Assembly: GCA_965197645.1 (NCBI GenBank)
Contig: OZ240219.1
Span: forward strand, 96,001 to 160,000
Direction of reading: 5' to 3'
DNA from: Dehalococcoidia bacterium
GTDB lineage: Bacteria > Chloroflexota > Dehalococcoidia > Plut-88900
Length of the DNA stretch: 64,000 nt
In this document: piece after piece, positions 47,050 through 57,139 of the stretch
How the letters are laid out: every line of letters begins with the position of its first letter
Position numbering within the stretch: the first letter of the stretch is position 1
Position numbers and translations under genes: made by a program
Notes under the pieces: model-generated
The model's input: only the letters and a program-made list of their open reading frames with translations
Told to the model about the DNA's origin: nothing
Database searches by the model: none

Positions 47050-49320
47050 CTACCCGCCGTTCTTCTTCTCGTTAATCGCATCCAGGATGGCACTGGGCTT
47101 CATGGGAAGTACCTCCATTCGGACGCCGACAGCATCGTGGATGGCGGCGCCCAAGGCAGCGGGCGGCGGTACGATATTGACCTCGCCTACACCCCGCACC
47201 CCGAAGGGATGACCCGGGTTGGTTACCTCGACGATAACGGTATCGATCATCGGCAGGTCCAGGCTGGTGGGCATGCGATAGTCCAGCCACGTGGCATTCA
47301 TCATCTGGCCGTCTTCGCTCATGTAGTACTCTTCGTTGAGGCCCCAGCCGATACCTTGGGCCGCGCCGCCCTGCATCTGACCCTCGACGTAGCTCGGGTG
47401 GATCGCTTTGCCGACGTCCTGGACCATGGTGAATCGAAGGACGGAGACCTTGCCGGTCTCATCGTCGATCTCGACGTCTGCGATAGACCCTGCAAAGCCT
47501 CCGCCGGCTCCCACTGCGTTAACGTCGCCGACCCCGGTTATGGGCCCGCCGGTGTCGACCAGCTGACCGGCCAGCTCTTTGAAGGTCATACTGAGCTCCG
47601 GGTCAGACGTGGAGGCGATGACGCCGTTGTTCATCTCTATCGTTTCTGCGTCCACGTCCCAGATGGAGGCGGCCCGCTCGACGAGCTGCCGTTTGACGCT
47701 GTTGGCGGCCTCATGAGCGGCCCAACCCTGCTTGAAGGTCACGCTGCTTCCGCCTGTCCCGCTGGTGTAACCCACGGAATCGGTGTCGACAACGGCCGGG
47801 TGGACGTCCTCGGCCGGGATGCCGAGCACCTCGGCCGCCTGCATAGCGGTGGTGGCCCTGGTGCCTCCTATATCGGGCGAACCCTCTCGGAGGCTGACGG
47901 TGCCATCGGTGTTCACTTTGATGGTACAGCTGGCCGGCCCCCCGAAGTTCATCCAGTACCCCACTCCCACTCCGCGACCGCGGTTGGGGCCCTCCAGGGG
48001 CGCCTTCATGTGGGGATGATCGTGCATGGCCTGGAGTACCTCTTCACAGCCGACCTTGTGGAAGGGCACGCCATCCGCCCGGCGGGTGCCGTCTTTGGCC
48101 GCGTTCTTCATGCGAAATTCCAGAGGATCGAACCCCAGCTTCTGGGCTAGCTCGTTGACGAGGGACTCCGAGGCGAAGCCCGCATTGGTGGCGCCCGGCG
48201 CCCGGTATGCCGAGGTCTTGGGCTTGTTTACCACTACGTCCAGCCCATCGATGAGGACGTTGGGAATGTCGTAGCAACCGAGGACACACAGCGCACCGGC
48301 GTCTACGGGCGAGCCCGGATAGGCGCCCGCCTCGTAGGCCAGGTAGGCCTGGGCCGCCATGAGCTTGCCCTCCTTGTTTGCCCCCATCTTGATCTTGATG
48401 TAGGAGCCCGGGGTTGGGCCTGTGCTCTCGAACTCTTCGCCACGGCTGTGCAGGATTTTGACGGGATTTCCGGTCTTCCTCGAGAGAACGGCGGCAACCG
48501 GATCACCGTAAGGCTCGAACTTGCCACCGAATCCACCACCTATCTCCATGGGCACCAGGGTTACATCGGACTCATCCAGCCCCAGAATCTGGGCGGTGGC
48601 GTCTCTCACCTCGAAGGGGCCCTGGGTGCTGCACCAGATGGTGACTTTGCCGTCCTTGTTCCAGAACACTGTCGAGTTGTGGGGTTCGATATAGCCTTGA
48701 TGGACCGTCTGGGTGCGGAACTCTCGCTCCACAACGACGTCCGAGTCGGCGAAACCCTTCTCGACGTCGCCCAGCTTCATCTGAAGGTGCTTGGCGATGT
48801 TACTGGACTCTTTACTGAGCTCACCGCCTCGTTCGGTCTTCAGGTCCTCGTGCAGCAGGGGTGCGTCTTCCTTTATCCCGGCCAGCACGTCGACTACAGG
48901 TGGCAACACCTCGTATTCCACGTCTATCAGCGCTATCGCCTCCTCAGCGATGTGCGCATTCAACGCGGCAACGGCGGCCACGGGATGTCCTCTGTAGAGG
49001 ACCTTTTCGCTGGCCAGCACGTGCTCCCTCATATCCTTCAGCCCACCGGTGGCCCCGGACGGGAAGTCCTTGCCGGTGGCCACGGCCCGCACGCCTTCCA
49101 GAGCTTCCGCTTTGGAGGTGTCTATAGACTTGATGCGAGCGTGGGCGTAGGGGCTGCGAAGAAACTTGCCGTGCAGCAGGTTGGCGGGGTGGATATCGGC
49201 GCCGTACTGGGCACGGCCGGTAACCTTGTCCCACCCATCGTGACGAATGGGCCGGGTGCCCACAACGTTGAACTTCTCCCCTTCGAGGACCACATTAGGT
49301 TCATAGTCCGTAGTCGTCAT
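47050..49320 (-). CDS. Xanthine dehydrogenase family molybdopterin-binding large subunit (copy 2)
   Basis: KVTGRAQY, HQGYIEP, GGGFGGK, AYRAPG, EGQMQGG, GVRGVGE. Confidence 0.93.
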   Translation of the reverse strand: MTTTDYEPNVVLEGEKFNVVGTRPIRHDGWDKVTGRAQYGADIHPANLLHGKFLRSPYAHARIKSIDTSKAEALEGVRAVATGKDFPSGATGGLKDMREHVLASEKVLYRGHPVAAVAALNAHIAEEAIALIDVEYEVLPPVVDVLAGIKEDAPLLHEDLKTERGGELSKESSNIAKHLQMKLGDVEKGFADSDVVVEREFRTQTVHQGYIEPHNSTVFWNKDGKVTIWCSTQGPFEVRDATAQILGLDESDVTLVPMEIGGGFGGKFEPYGDPVAAVLSRKTGNPVKILHSRGEEFESTGPTPGSYIKIKMGANKEGKLMAAQAYLAYEAGAYPGSPVDAGALCVLGCYDIPNVLIDGLDVVVNKPKTSAYRAPGATNAGFASESLVNELAQKLGFDPLEFRMKNAAKDGTRRADGVPFHKVGCEEVLQAMHDHPHMKAPLEGPNRGRGVGVGYWMNFGGPASCTIKVNTDGTVSLREGSPDIGGTRATTAMQAAEVLGIPAEDVHPAVVDTDSVGYTSGTGGSSVTFKQGWAAHEAANSVKRQLVERAASIWDVDAETIEMNNGVIASTSDPELSMTFKELAGQLVDTGGPITGVGDVNAVGAGGGFAGSIADVEIDDETGKVSVLRFTMVQDVGKAIHPSYVEGQMQGGAAQGIGWGLNEEYYMSEDGQMMNATWLDYRMPTSLDLPMIDTVIVEVTNPGHPFGVRGVGEVNIVPPPAALGAAIHDAVGVRMEVLPMKPSAILDAINEKKNGG

Positions 49321-49360
49321 CTACTGGCCTCCGTCTATCCGGGCAGCGTTGCCGGGGCTG

Positions 49361-51643
49361 TTATTTCTTCTGTTCCCAAATTGCTTTCATAATGGCGCCG
49401 GGATTCATTGGGGTAGAACGCAAGCGGGCCCCACAGGCATGTTTGATGGCGTTGGCCATTACGGCAAGAGGAGGCACGATGCTCGCCTCTCCGACCCCTC
49501 TTACCCCGTACGGATGCCCGGGATTGGCAACCTCCACGATGACCGTATCGAGCATGGGTAGGTCCAGTCCGGTGGGCATCCGGTAGTCCAGGAAGCTGCT
49601 GTTGGTGAACTCGCCATTGTCGTTGTAGAAGTACTCCTCGTTGAGGGCCCAGCCGATGCCCTGGGCGGCGCCGCCCTGCAGTTGGCCTTCGACGTAGCTG
49701 GGATGGACGGCCTTGCCGGCGTCCTGTACCGCCGTGTACCTCAGGACATCTACTTTGCCCGTCTCAGGGTCCACCTCCACGTCGGCTATGGCGCCGGCAA
49801 AGGAACCACCGATGCCGGTAGGGTTGACCGAGGCGCGTCCCACCACCGGGCCGCCTACGTCCCTAGCCTGTGCCGCCAGCTCCTTGAAGGTCATCTTCAG
49901 CTCGGAATCGGACTTGGAGCTGATGACTCCCTTTTCGTACTGGATGGTGTCCACGTCGACGTCCCATATCCGGGCGGCTCGCTGGATCATCTCGCGTTTT
50001 ACGTCCTGAGCGGCCTCATAGGCAGCCCAGCCCGTGGCGAAAGTGGTACGACTGCCGTCTGACTGAGCGGTGAAGCCGATGGAGTCGGTGTCAACGACGG
50101 TGGGATTGACGTCCTCGGCGGCGATGCCCAGAACTTCGGCGGCCTGCATAGCCACCGATGATCTGGTGCCGCCAATGTCAGCCGAACCCTCCAGCAGGTT
50201 GATGGTGCCGTCATCGCTGACGCTGATGGTGCAAGCCGAGGGCTCGCCAATGTTGAACCAGAACCCCATCCCTACTCCGCGGCCCTGATTTGGTCCATCC
50301 AGCGGCGCCGAGTAGTGGGGGTGGTTCTTTATCGCCTCCATCACCTCGTAGGCGCCGATGCGGGGAAAGACGGGCCCGTCCACCCTGCGGGTGCCTTCTT
50401 TAGCGGCGTTTGCCAGTCTGAGATCGATGGGGTCGTGACCCAGCCCTTCGGCCAACTCGTCGATGAGCTGCTCGCTGGCATAGGCGGCGTTTGGAGCTCC
50501 CGGAGCCCTGTAGGCGGCCGCTTTGGGCTTGTTGGTTACCACGTCGTAACCGTCCACCAGCTGGTTGGGAATATCGTAAGCGGCGAACATGGTCATTGCG
50601 CCGCAGATCACCAGCGCGCCGGGGTAGGCGCCCGCTTCGTAAGCCAGGTAGGCTTGAGCGGCCACTATCTTGCCGTCCTTGGTGGCGCCCATTTTGGCCC
50701 ACGCGTAGGATGCGCAGGTGGGACCGGTGCCTTCAAAGACCTCCCGCCGATTCATCACGATCTTGACGGGATGCCCCGATTTCTTGGAGAGGAGAGCCGC
50801 TACCGGCTCGATGTAGATCTCGGTCTTGCCTCCGAAACCGCCACCGATCTCCTGGGTCATCACCTTTACCTGGGACACGGGCAGGCCAAGGATGTCCGCG
50901 GTGCGGTCTCTAACGAGAAATCCGCCCTGGGTGCTGCAGTAGACCAGGACCCGGTCATCTTCGTTCCACAGGACGGTGCAGGGATGGGGCTCTATGTACC
51001 CCTGATGCACTGTCGGGCAGGTGAACTCGCCCTCGACTACCACGTCGGCGTCGGCGAACCCCTTTTCGATATCACCCATGGATACCTGGAACTCGCTGGC
51101 GATGTTGGTGGCCTTGTCTCCGGTGCCGCCGCCCATGGTCTCGGTCCGCAGATCATCATGAAGGATGGATGCGTCGTCCTCCATTCCATCGAGTGCGGAG
51201 AACACGCCGGGAAGCACATCGTAGTCTACTTCTATCAGATCGATGGCCTCTTCTGCGATGTGGGGACTGATGGCGGCCACCGCAGCGACGGCGTGGCCCT
51301 GGTAAAGGGCCTTATCGCCCGCCAGGATGTTGTTTCGCCGGAACCTGAGTCCCTGGTCATCGCCCGGATCGGGCAGGTCCTTGCCTGTGACAACGGCTCG
51401 TACGCCCTCCAACGCATCCGCCTTGCTGGTATCGATGGAGCGGATGCGCGCATGGGCGTGAGGGCTTCGCAACACCTTGCCGTGCAGCGAGCCGGTCTTG
51501 GGAAAGTCGGCTCCGTAGTTGGCGCGGCCCGTAACTTTGTCTGCGCCATCGTGGCGGATGGGCCGGGTCCCCACCACGTCATACTCGACGTTGGATAGGA
51601 CCATGTTGGGTTCGTAGTCTTGTTTCGGTTTCGTGGTGGTCAT
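49361..51643 (-). CDS. Xanthine dehydrogenase family molybdopterin-binding large subunit (copy 1)
   Basis: Same motif set as 47050-49320, including AYRAPG and GVRGVGE. Confidence 0.93.
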   Translation of the reverse strand: MTTTKPKQDYEPNMVLSNVEYDVVGTRPIRHDGADKVTGRANYGADFPKTGSLHGKVLRSPHAHARIRSIDTSKADALEGVRAVVTGKDLPDPGDDQGLRFRRNNILAGDKALYQGHAVAAVAAISPHIAEEAIDLIEVDYDVLPGVFSALDGMEDDASILHDDLRTETMGGGTGDKATNIASEFQVSMGDIEKGFADADVVVEGEFTCPTVHQGYIEPHPCTVLWNEDDRVLVYCSTQGGFLVRDRTADILGLPVSQVKVMTQEIGGGFGGKTEIYIEPVAALLSKKSGHPVKIVMNRREVFEGTGPTCASYAWAKMGATKDGKIVAAQAYLAYEAGAYPGALVICGAMTMFAAYDIPNQLVDGYDVVTNKPKAAAYRAPGAPNAAYASEQLIDELAEGLGHDPIDLRLANAAKEGTRRVDGPVFPRIGAYEVMEAIKNHPHYSAPLDGPNQGRGVGMGFWFNIGEPSACTISVSDDGTINLLEGSADIGGTRSSVAMQAAEVLGIAAEDVNPTVVDTDSIGFTAQSDGSRTTFATGWAAYEAAQDVKREMIQRAARIWDVDVDTIQYEKGVISSKSDSELKMTFKELAAQARDVGGPVVGRASVNPTGIGGSFAGAIADVEVDPETGKVDVLRYTAVQDAGKAVHPSYVEGQLQGGAAQGIGWALNEEYFYNDNGEFTNSSFLDYRMPTGLDLPMLDTVIVEVANPGHPYGVRGVGEASIVPPLAVMANAIKHACGARLRSTPMNPGAIMKAIWEQKK

Positions 51644-51647
51644 AATG

Positions 51648-52124
51648 TTACCCCCGCATTCTGCCTGCTGCGTCCGTGACCGCTCTGACTATCTTATCGT
51701 AGCCGGTGCAGCGGCACAGGTTGTTGGCCAGCCACCACCGGATCCGGTCTTCCGTGGGATCGGGTTCATTATCCAGGAGGGCCTTGACGGCTACGATGAA
51801 GCCCGGCGTGCATACACCGCACTGGAGGGCGGCGTTGTCAAGAAAGGCCTGTTGGATGGGATGGAGCTCGCTGCCTTCGGCCACGCCCTCGATGGTCCCG
51901 ATCTCGCTGCCTTCAGCCTCTACGCCGAGAACCAGGCAGGAGGTCACGATCCGTCCGTCCATCATGACGGTGCAGGCGCCGCAGTTCCCGTCGTTGCAGC
52001 CCTCTTTGGCCCCAGTCAGCCCCACTACGTCCCGCAGCACCTCCAGAAGGCTCTGTCTGGGCTCACAGAGGAACTCCGTGTTTTCTCCGTTGATCGTCGC
52101 TTGAACATAGGATTTTCTTGGCAT
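51648..52124 (-). CDS. (2Fe-2S)-binding small subunit (CoxS-like)
   Basis: GC..G.CGAC, QCGVCTPG, NLCRCTGY. Confidence 0.94.
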   Translation of the reverse strand: MPRKSYVQATINGENTEFLCEPRQSLLEVLRDVVGLTGAKEGCNDGNCGACTVMMDGRIVTSCLVLGVEAEGSEIGTIEGVAEGSELHPIQQAFLDNAALQCGVCTPGFIVAVKALLDNEPDPTEDRIRWWLANNLCRCTGYDKIVRAVTDAAGRMRG

Positions 52125-52127
52125 CAC

Positions 52128-53000
52128 TTACCCCCTGGCTCGCTCGATGGCGGTGTTTAAGGCTCGACGGGTCAGCACTTCGCAGAGGTGCTTGCGGAAC
52201 TCGATGGTACCGCGCATATCTGTTATCGGTACCGCGGCATCCCTGGCGAGGTTGGAAGCCGTCCGGATGGCCTCGTCGCTGACGGCCTGGCCTGCCAGCG
52301 CGTCTCCGGCCTCCCTTACGAACAACGGCGTCGGAGCCACCGATGCCAGGGAAACCCGGGCCGACTGGATGGTGCTGCCATCATCGCTCAGGTTTACGGA
52401 CACGCCCGCACCGGCCACGGCGATGTCCATCTCGTTTCTGGGAATGAAGCGGATGTATCGCCCTCCGGAACGGGCGGCCGGCGCAGGTATGCTTAATGAT
52501 ACAAGCATCTCGCCCGCCTGGAGAACGTTCCGGCCGGGTCCTGTGCAAAAGTCCTCGACCCCTACCTGCCGGCTCCCATTGCTGCCGGCTATGTTGCAGG
52601 TGGCGCTCAGAGCGATCAGAGCGGGTATGGTATCGCCGCTGGGGGCGGCATTGCATAGGTTACCACCAACCGAGGCCCGCCCCTGTATCTGGATGCCGCC
52701 GATGATTCGGGCCGCATCTATCAGAGCGGGGTAGGCTTCCGCTATGGCCGCATCGTTGTATATCTGGTAGCAGGGTACAGCGGCGCCCAGCGTAAGCCCC
52801 GAACTCGGGTCGTAGCTGAGCTCGCTAAGCTCCGGGATGTCCTTGACGTTCACCAGTACATCCGGCAGCTTTCGATTCGTCCTGAGTTGAATCAGGATAT
52901 CCGTGCCGCCGGCCAGCACCTGGGCTTGGCCCCCATTCGCTGAAAGTACGCTTACAGCCTCCGAAACGGTCTGTGGATTTTCGTAGTCAATCCATTTCAA
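52128..53000 (-). CDS. FAD-binding medium subunit (CoxM-like)
   Basis: LAGGTD, ASVGGNLCNAAPSGD, PITDMRGT.EFR. Confidence 0.93.
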   Translation of the reverse strand: MKWIDYENPQTVSEAVSVLSANGGQAQVLAGGTDILIQLRTNRKLPDVLVNVKDIPELSELSYDPSSGLTLGAAVPCYQIYNDAAIAEAYPALIDAARIIGGIQIQGRASVGGNLCNAAPSGDTIPALIALSATCNIAGSNGSRQVGVEDFCTGPGRNVLQAGEMLVSLSIPAPAARSGGRYIRFIPRNEMDIAVAGAGVSVNLSDDGSTIQSARVSLASVAPTPLFVREAGDALAGQAVSDEAIRTASNLARDAAVPITDMRGTIEFRKHLCEVLTRRALNTAIERARG

Positions 53001-53385
53001 TTGCCGCCCTCCTTTCCCCTCGTTCAGGAAGTTTAGTTAGCCTGTGCCTGAAGAGAGTTGCGCTTTTCTGGATTGTTCCCCAACTCGCTGCCCATCCGTG
53101 GGTCTCTCCACGGCGTGTGAAGCAAGCTGGGATGATTTTACACGCTAAGATGCGATATGGCTAGAGTCCACAGGGTCTATTTGACCTGGAATCCCGATGT
53201 TAGCCAATCCCGCCGATCTTAATCATAGCCAGACCGGCTACAGCCCGGTGACCGAAAGATGGCTCAACGGGGCCGAAGGCCTGAGGGCCGGAAGGCGCCC
53301 CACCGCCTTCCGCTCAACCCGGCTACAGTCGAAATCACCCCGGCTATGGTTGTTGGATGTTCGGTAGTGTATCATCCCACAGACC

Positions 53386-54639
53386 ATGAAGACTGCAGCA
53401 CCAGCAAGCGTAGCTGACACCTCATACCCCGTGTATCGCTGGGTAGTTCTGGCGGCCTGGATCTTGCCGCACGTCTGGGGTTTTGTCGTCATGGAGAGCA
53501 TCGGGTTCTTACTCCCCAGCATGAAGGAAGAGTTGGGCCTGAGCCCCATCCAGGAAGGTCTCATCGGAGCGGCGCCGAGGATCGGCAGCATGATCCTGGC
53601 TATACCCTTTGGCTGGCTGCTGTCCCGGATGAGGCCCAAGCTTCTGACCTCACTGAGCCTGTTCATCGGAGCGCTGCTCATCTTCTTCCAGGGATGGGCG
53701 CCTTTCTTCTTCTACCTGTTCCTGGGCAGACTGCTGTTCGGCATCGCCTCCATAGCCCGGGAGCCGGCGAGAGCACTGTTAATGAGACAGTGGGTGCCGC
53801 CGAAAGAAGTGGTGATAGTAAATGCACTGATGAGTTTCCTATTCGGGATAGTCGCCATCGGATTCATCCTTACGCCGATCATTCTGGAGTGGCTGGACAA
53901 CAGCTGGCGAGACACATTCTACTTGTACGGAGCGCTCTCTCTCGGTCTTGCCGTCCTGTGGCAGGTGTTGGGCAAGGAGCGCCACACCGTCACCTTCGAG
54001 GAAGAGATGAAGTCCCAGATAGGGAATCCCCTACGCAGCATTATGAAGTACAAAGACCTGTGGACGGTGGGGCTCATGATGGGCGGCACCAGCATCACCT
54101 GGACTGCCTTTGCCACCTTCTGGCCCGGCTACATGGAGGACACCTACGACATGTCCCTTACGACCGTCGGGTACATTATTGGAACCGGCGGCCTGGTCTC
54201 TTCCGTAGCAGGGGTAGGGGTAGCCCTGCTGGTAGTCTACTCAGGTCGCAAGAGACAAGTCCTGTTGTTGACCGGTCTCCTGCTGGTAGGTCCTCACATC
54301 GTTATGCTATGGACCGGTTCAGTCCCGATTCTGATTGGCGTGCAGCTGATCGCCGGGTTGGGGTGGGCTTTCTACCCGGTAGCGATGACCGTACCCTTTG
54401 AGCTCTCGAGAATCAAGCCGCGGGAGATAGCGGTGGCGATAGGGTTCATGGAGACCCTTACTTGGATCGGAATGTTCATCGGCCCTCTCCTTGCCGGTGG
54501 AATTGAAGAGGTGACGGACGATCGAAGGCTGGCGCTGTTTGTATGCTCCTTCTTCGTGTTGACGCTGACCTTCGGCGGGTTGTTGCTGCCCCGGTCCTGG
54601 GACAAGCCGGTGCAAGAGATCCAGCCTGCCCACGCCTAG
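53386..54639 (+). CDS. MFS transporter
   Basis: About 12 hydrophobic helices, YRWVVL, GWLLSRMRPK motif-A-like. Confidence 0.85.
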   Translation: MKTAAPASVADTSYPVYRWVVLAAWILPHVWGFVVMESIGFLLPSMKEELGLSPIQEGLIGAAPRIGSMILAIPFGWLLSRMRPKLLTSLSLFIGALLIFFQGWAPFFFYLFLGRLLFGIASIAREPARALLMRQWVPPKEVVIVNALMSFLFGIVAIGFILTPIILEWLDNSWRDTFYLYGALSLGLAVLWQVLGKERHTVTFEEEMKSQIGNPLRSIMKYKDLWTVGLMMGGTSITWTAFATFWPGYMEDTYDMSLTTVGYIIGTGGLVSSVAGVGVALLVVYSGRKRQVLLLTGLLLVGPHIVMLWTGSVPILIGVQLIAGLGWAFYPVAMTVPFELSRIKPREIAVAIGFMETLTWIGMFIGPLLAGGIEEVTDDRRLALFVCSFFVLTLTFGGLLLPRSWDKPVQEIQPAHA

Positions 54640-54679
54640 GCCGCTCCCCAAACCCCAACACGCAGGCCTGCTACAGGCC

Positions 54680-55759
54680 CTATTGCGCTTTAATCAGGGC
54701 TTGGCAGAAGCGGGCGGTATCCACCAGGTCCGGGATCAATACGTACTCGCGGGTGGTATGCATCTCGTTGGTGGACATGCCCACCACCACCGAAGGAATG
54801 CCGTGCTCCATCATCACGTTGCCATCGGTGCCGCCGCCCGTGGGAGCGAGGACCGGCGTCAGTCCCATCGACTCCATGGTGCCGGTGGCCAGGCGAACGA
54901 TCTCGTCATCGGCGGATAGGTTGTACATGCGGAACTCTACGCCGAACTCCTCGTCGATGGTTGCTTCCTCGTACTTCTCCTTGGCCCTGGTGAAGACCTC
55001 GTTCATCTGGAGCTTGAGCAGGTCCAGGGTCTCCAGGTTACGGCTGCGGAACTCGCCGGAGAAGGAGGCGTTTTCTGGGACGGCGTTGCGCACGCTGCCG
55101 CCCGAGATGACACCGACGTTGATGGTGGTCTCTTCGTCCAGACGTCCTTGGGGAAGCTCGTTGATGATTTCGGAGGCGATCTTTATGGCGGACAGCCCCT
55201 TCTCGGGCTCGACGCCTGCATGAGCGGAGCGGCCGGTGATGTTCACATCGAAGGCGATGTAGGTGGGACTGGCCGAGGTTACCGTGCTGACGGGCCCATT
55301 GCCATCGAAGACAACGGCCTCCGCAGCCTTGATCATCGAGTAGTCCATAGCCTTCGCCCCCTCGAGCCCGACCTCCTCGCCGCGAGTGAAAGCGAGTTGG
55401 ACGGGCCGCCGAGCCGCGTCGTCCTCGTGGACCGATTCGAGGGCCTCTATGATGGCGGAGACACCGGCCTTGCAATCGCCGCCCAGGATGGTGGTGCCAT
55501 CGGAAACTACCCTGTCTCCCTCGACGCGAGGCTTTATGCCGCGACCGGGCTCCACCGTGTCCAGGTGGGCGGAGAGGAGAAGGGGGGCATCGCCCTCCTC
55601 GTGGGCGATCAGGTTGCCGTGGGCGTCTCGCTCAGGGGTGAAGCCCAGCTTTTCGAGACGCCTGGCCAGCTCCTGGGCCATCTCCTCTTCCTCGCCGGAG
55701 GGACTGTCTATCCGGACCAGGTCGCAGAAGGTCTTAACCAGGCGGTCTTGGTTGATCAT
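54680..55759 (-). CDS. M20 family metallopeptidase (PepT-like)
   Basis: SAHLDTV, GGDCKAG, EEVG, AHAG..PEKG, GGTD, HT. Confidence 0.9.
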   Translation of the reverse strand: MINQDRLVKTFCDLVRIDSPSGEEEEMAQELARRLEKLGFTPERDAHGNLIAHEEGDAPLLLSAHLDTVEPGRGIKPRVEGDRVVSDGTTILGGDCKAGVSAIIEALESVHEDDAARRPVQLAFTRGEEVGLEGAKAMDYSMIKAAEAVVFDGNGPVSTVTSASPTYIAFDVNITGRSAHAGVEPEKGLSAIKIASEIINELPQGRLDEETTINVGVISGGSVRNAVPENASFSGEFRSRNLETLDLLKLQMNEVFTRAKEKYEEATIDEEFGVEFRMYNLSADDEIVRLATGTMESMGLTPVLAPTGGGTDGNVMMEHGIPSVVVGMSTNEMHTTREYVLIPDLVDTARFCQALIKAQ

Positions 55760-55812
55760 CTATCGCCTCTTCGATTGAGTTTGCCGGCTCTGGCCCAAAA
55801 ATGCCGGTGATG

Positions 55813-56997
55813 TTACTTTCTGTACTGTTCCATCTTCCCCATGCGCTCCCGGACTATCTCCAGGGTTTCCAGCTTCTTGGGGAAGGCAAACCGAACGAAC
55901 TTCTTGCCGCGCTCGGCCTCCAGGTAGAAAGCGCGGCCGGGCACCGGGGTGACGCCTATGGACTCGGCCATGAACATGGAGAACTCCAGATCGTCGTAGA
56001 TGCCGCAGTCGGGATACTCGGTCATCACGTAGTAGGCGCCCTTGGGCGTGACGTAATCGAACCCAGCCTCGCCGATGATGGACAGGGTCATGTCCCGTCG
56101 AGCCTGGTAGCCCTTGGCCAGCTCTTCGTAGTAGCTGGGCGGGAATGCCATGCCGTGTACCATCGCCTGCTGAAGGGGTGCTGCGGCCCCGACGGTCAGG
56201 AAGTCGTGGGCGCGGCGTATGGAAGTGGATATCTCTTCATCCAGCGCGATGGCCCAGCCGATGCGCCAGCCGGTGACGCTGTAGGTCTTGGACACGCTGT
56301 TTATCGTGACCGTTCGCCTCTCCATGCCGGGCAGGGAAGCGATGCTGACGTGCTCTGCATCGTCGAACAGGATGTGCTCGTAGGGTTCGTCGCAGAAAAC
56401 GAGGGCGTCGTGCTCGATGACCAGGTCTGCTATCGTCTGCAGCTCCTCCCGCGAGTAGACCTTGCCGGTAGGGTTATGGGGAGTATTGACGACTACGGCC
56501 TTGGTATTGGCAGAGAAGGCGTTCCTCAGCTCATCGGGATCAAAGACGAAGGAGTCTCCCTCCCGTCTCAACGCAACGTGGACCGGCTTGCCCCCGGACA
56601 TCAGGGTGTCCGGGTTGTAGTTTTCGTAGAAGGGCTCGAAGATGATGATCTCGTCGCCCTGGTTCACGCAACCCAGCATGGTGGCCATCATCGCCTCGGT
56701 GCCGCCACAGGTAACCGTGATATGGGCATCAGGTGCGACGGTCAGGCCGTTGTACCACTGGAACTTCTCTGCGATGGCTTTTCGGAAAGCGGGGGCACCC
56801 CAGGTGATCGCGTACTGGTTAAAATCCCCGTCCAGGGCATCTTTGGCCGCTTGGACCAACGCCTGGGGAGGATCGAAGTCGGGAAAGCCCTGGGCCATGT
56901 TTACTCCGCCGAGGCCGTTGTTGATCCGGGTCATGTCCCGGATGATGGACTCGGTAAAGTGGCCGACTCGATCGGCGGTGTGGGTTCTGCTGACCAA
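55813..56997 (-). CDS. PLP-dependent aminotransferase class I/II
   Basis: NMAQGFPDF, NTPHNPTG, DEPYEH, SKTYSVTGWRIG. Confidence 0.92.
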   Translation of the reverse strand: MVSRTHTADRVGHFTESIIRDMTRINNGLGGVNMAQGFPDFDPPQALVQAAKDALDGDFNQYAITWGAPAFRKAIAEKFQWYNGLTVAPDAHITVTCGGTEAMMATMLGCVNQGDEIIIFEPFYENYNPDTLMSGGKPVHVALRREGDSFVFDPDELRNAFSANTKAVVVNTPHNPTGKVYSREELQTIADLVIEHDALVFCDEPYEHILFDDAEHVSIASLPGMERRTVTINSVSKTYSVTGWRIGWAIALDEEISTSIRRAHDFLTVGAAAPLQQAMVHGMAFPPSYYEELAKGYQARRDMTLSIIGEAGFDYVTPKGAYYVMTEYPDCGIYDDLEFSMFMAESIGVTPVPGRAFYLEAERGKKFVRFAFPKKLETLEIVRERMGKMEQYRK

Positions 56998-57139
56998 CTG
57001 CTTGGCGCCTCCGGCGGGGCGTATTCTATCACGTCCCCATTGACCCGTTCTATTATTGGTTGCGATGGCATCGGGCCGTGTCTATAATATCTTCCGTCAC
57101 TTTATGGCAAGAGGTTCGTAGACTCAGGGGGAGGACGGC

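Noticed and set aside
47050-51643. Aerobic CO dehydrogenase
   Set aside because: The active-site loop is AYRAPG, not AYRCSFR, and no coxDEFG accessory genes are present.
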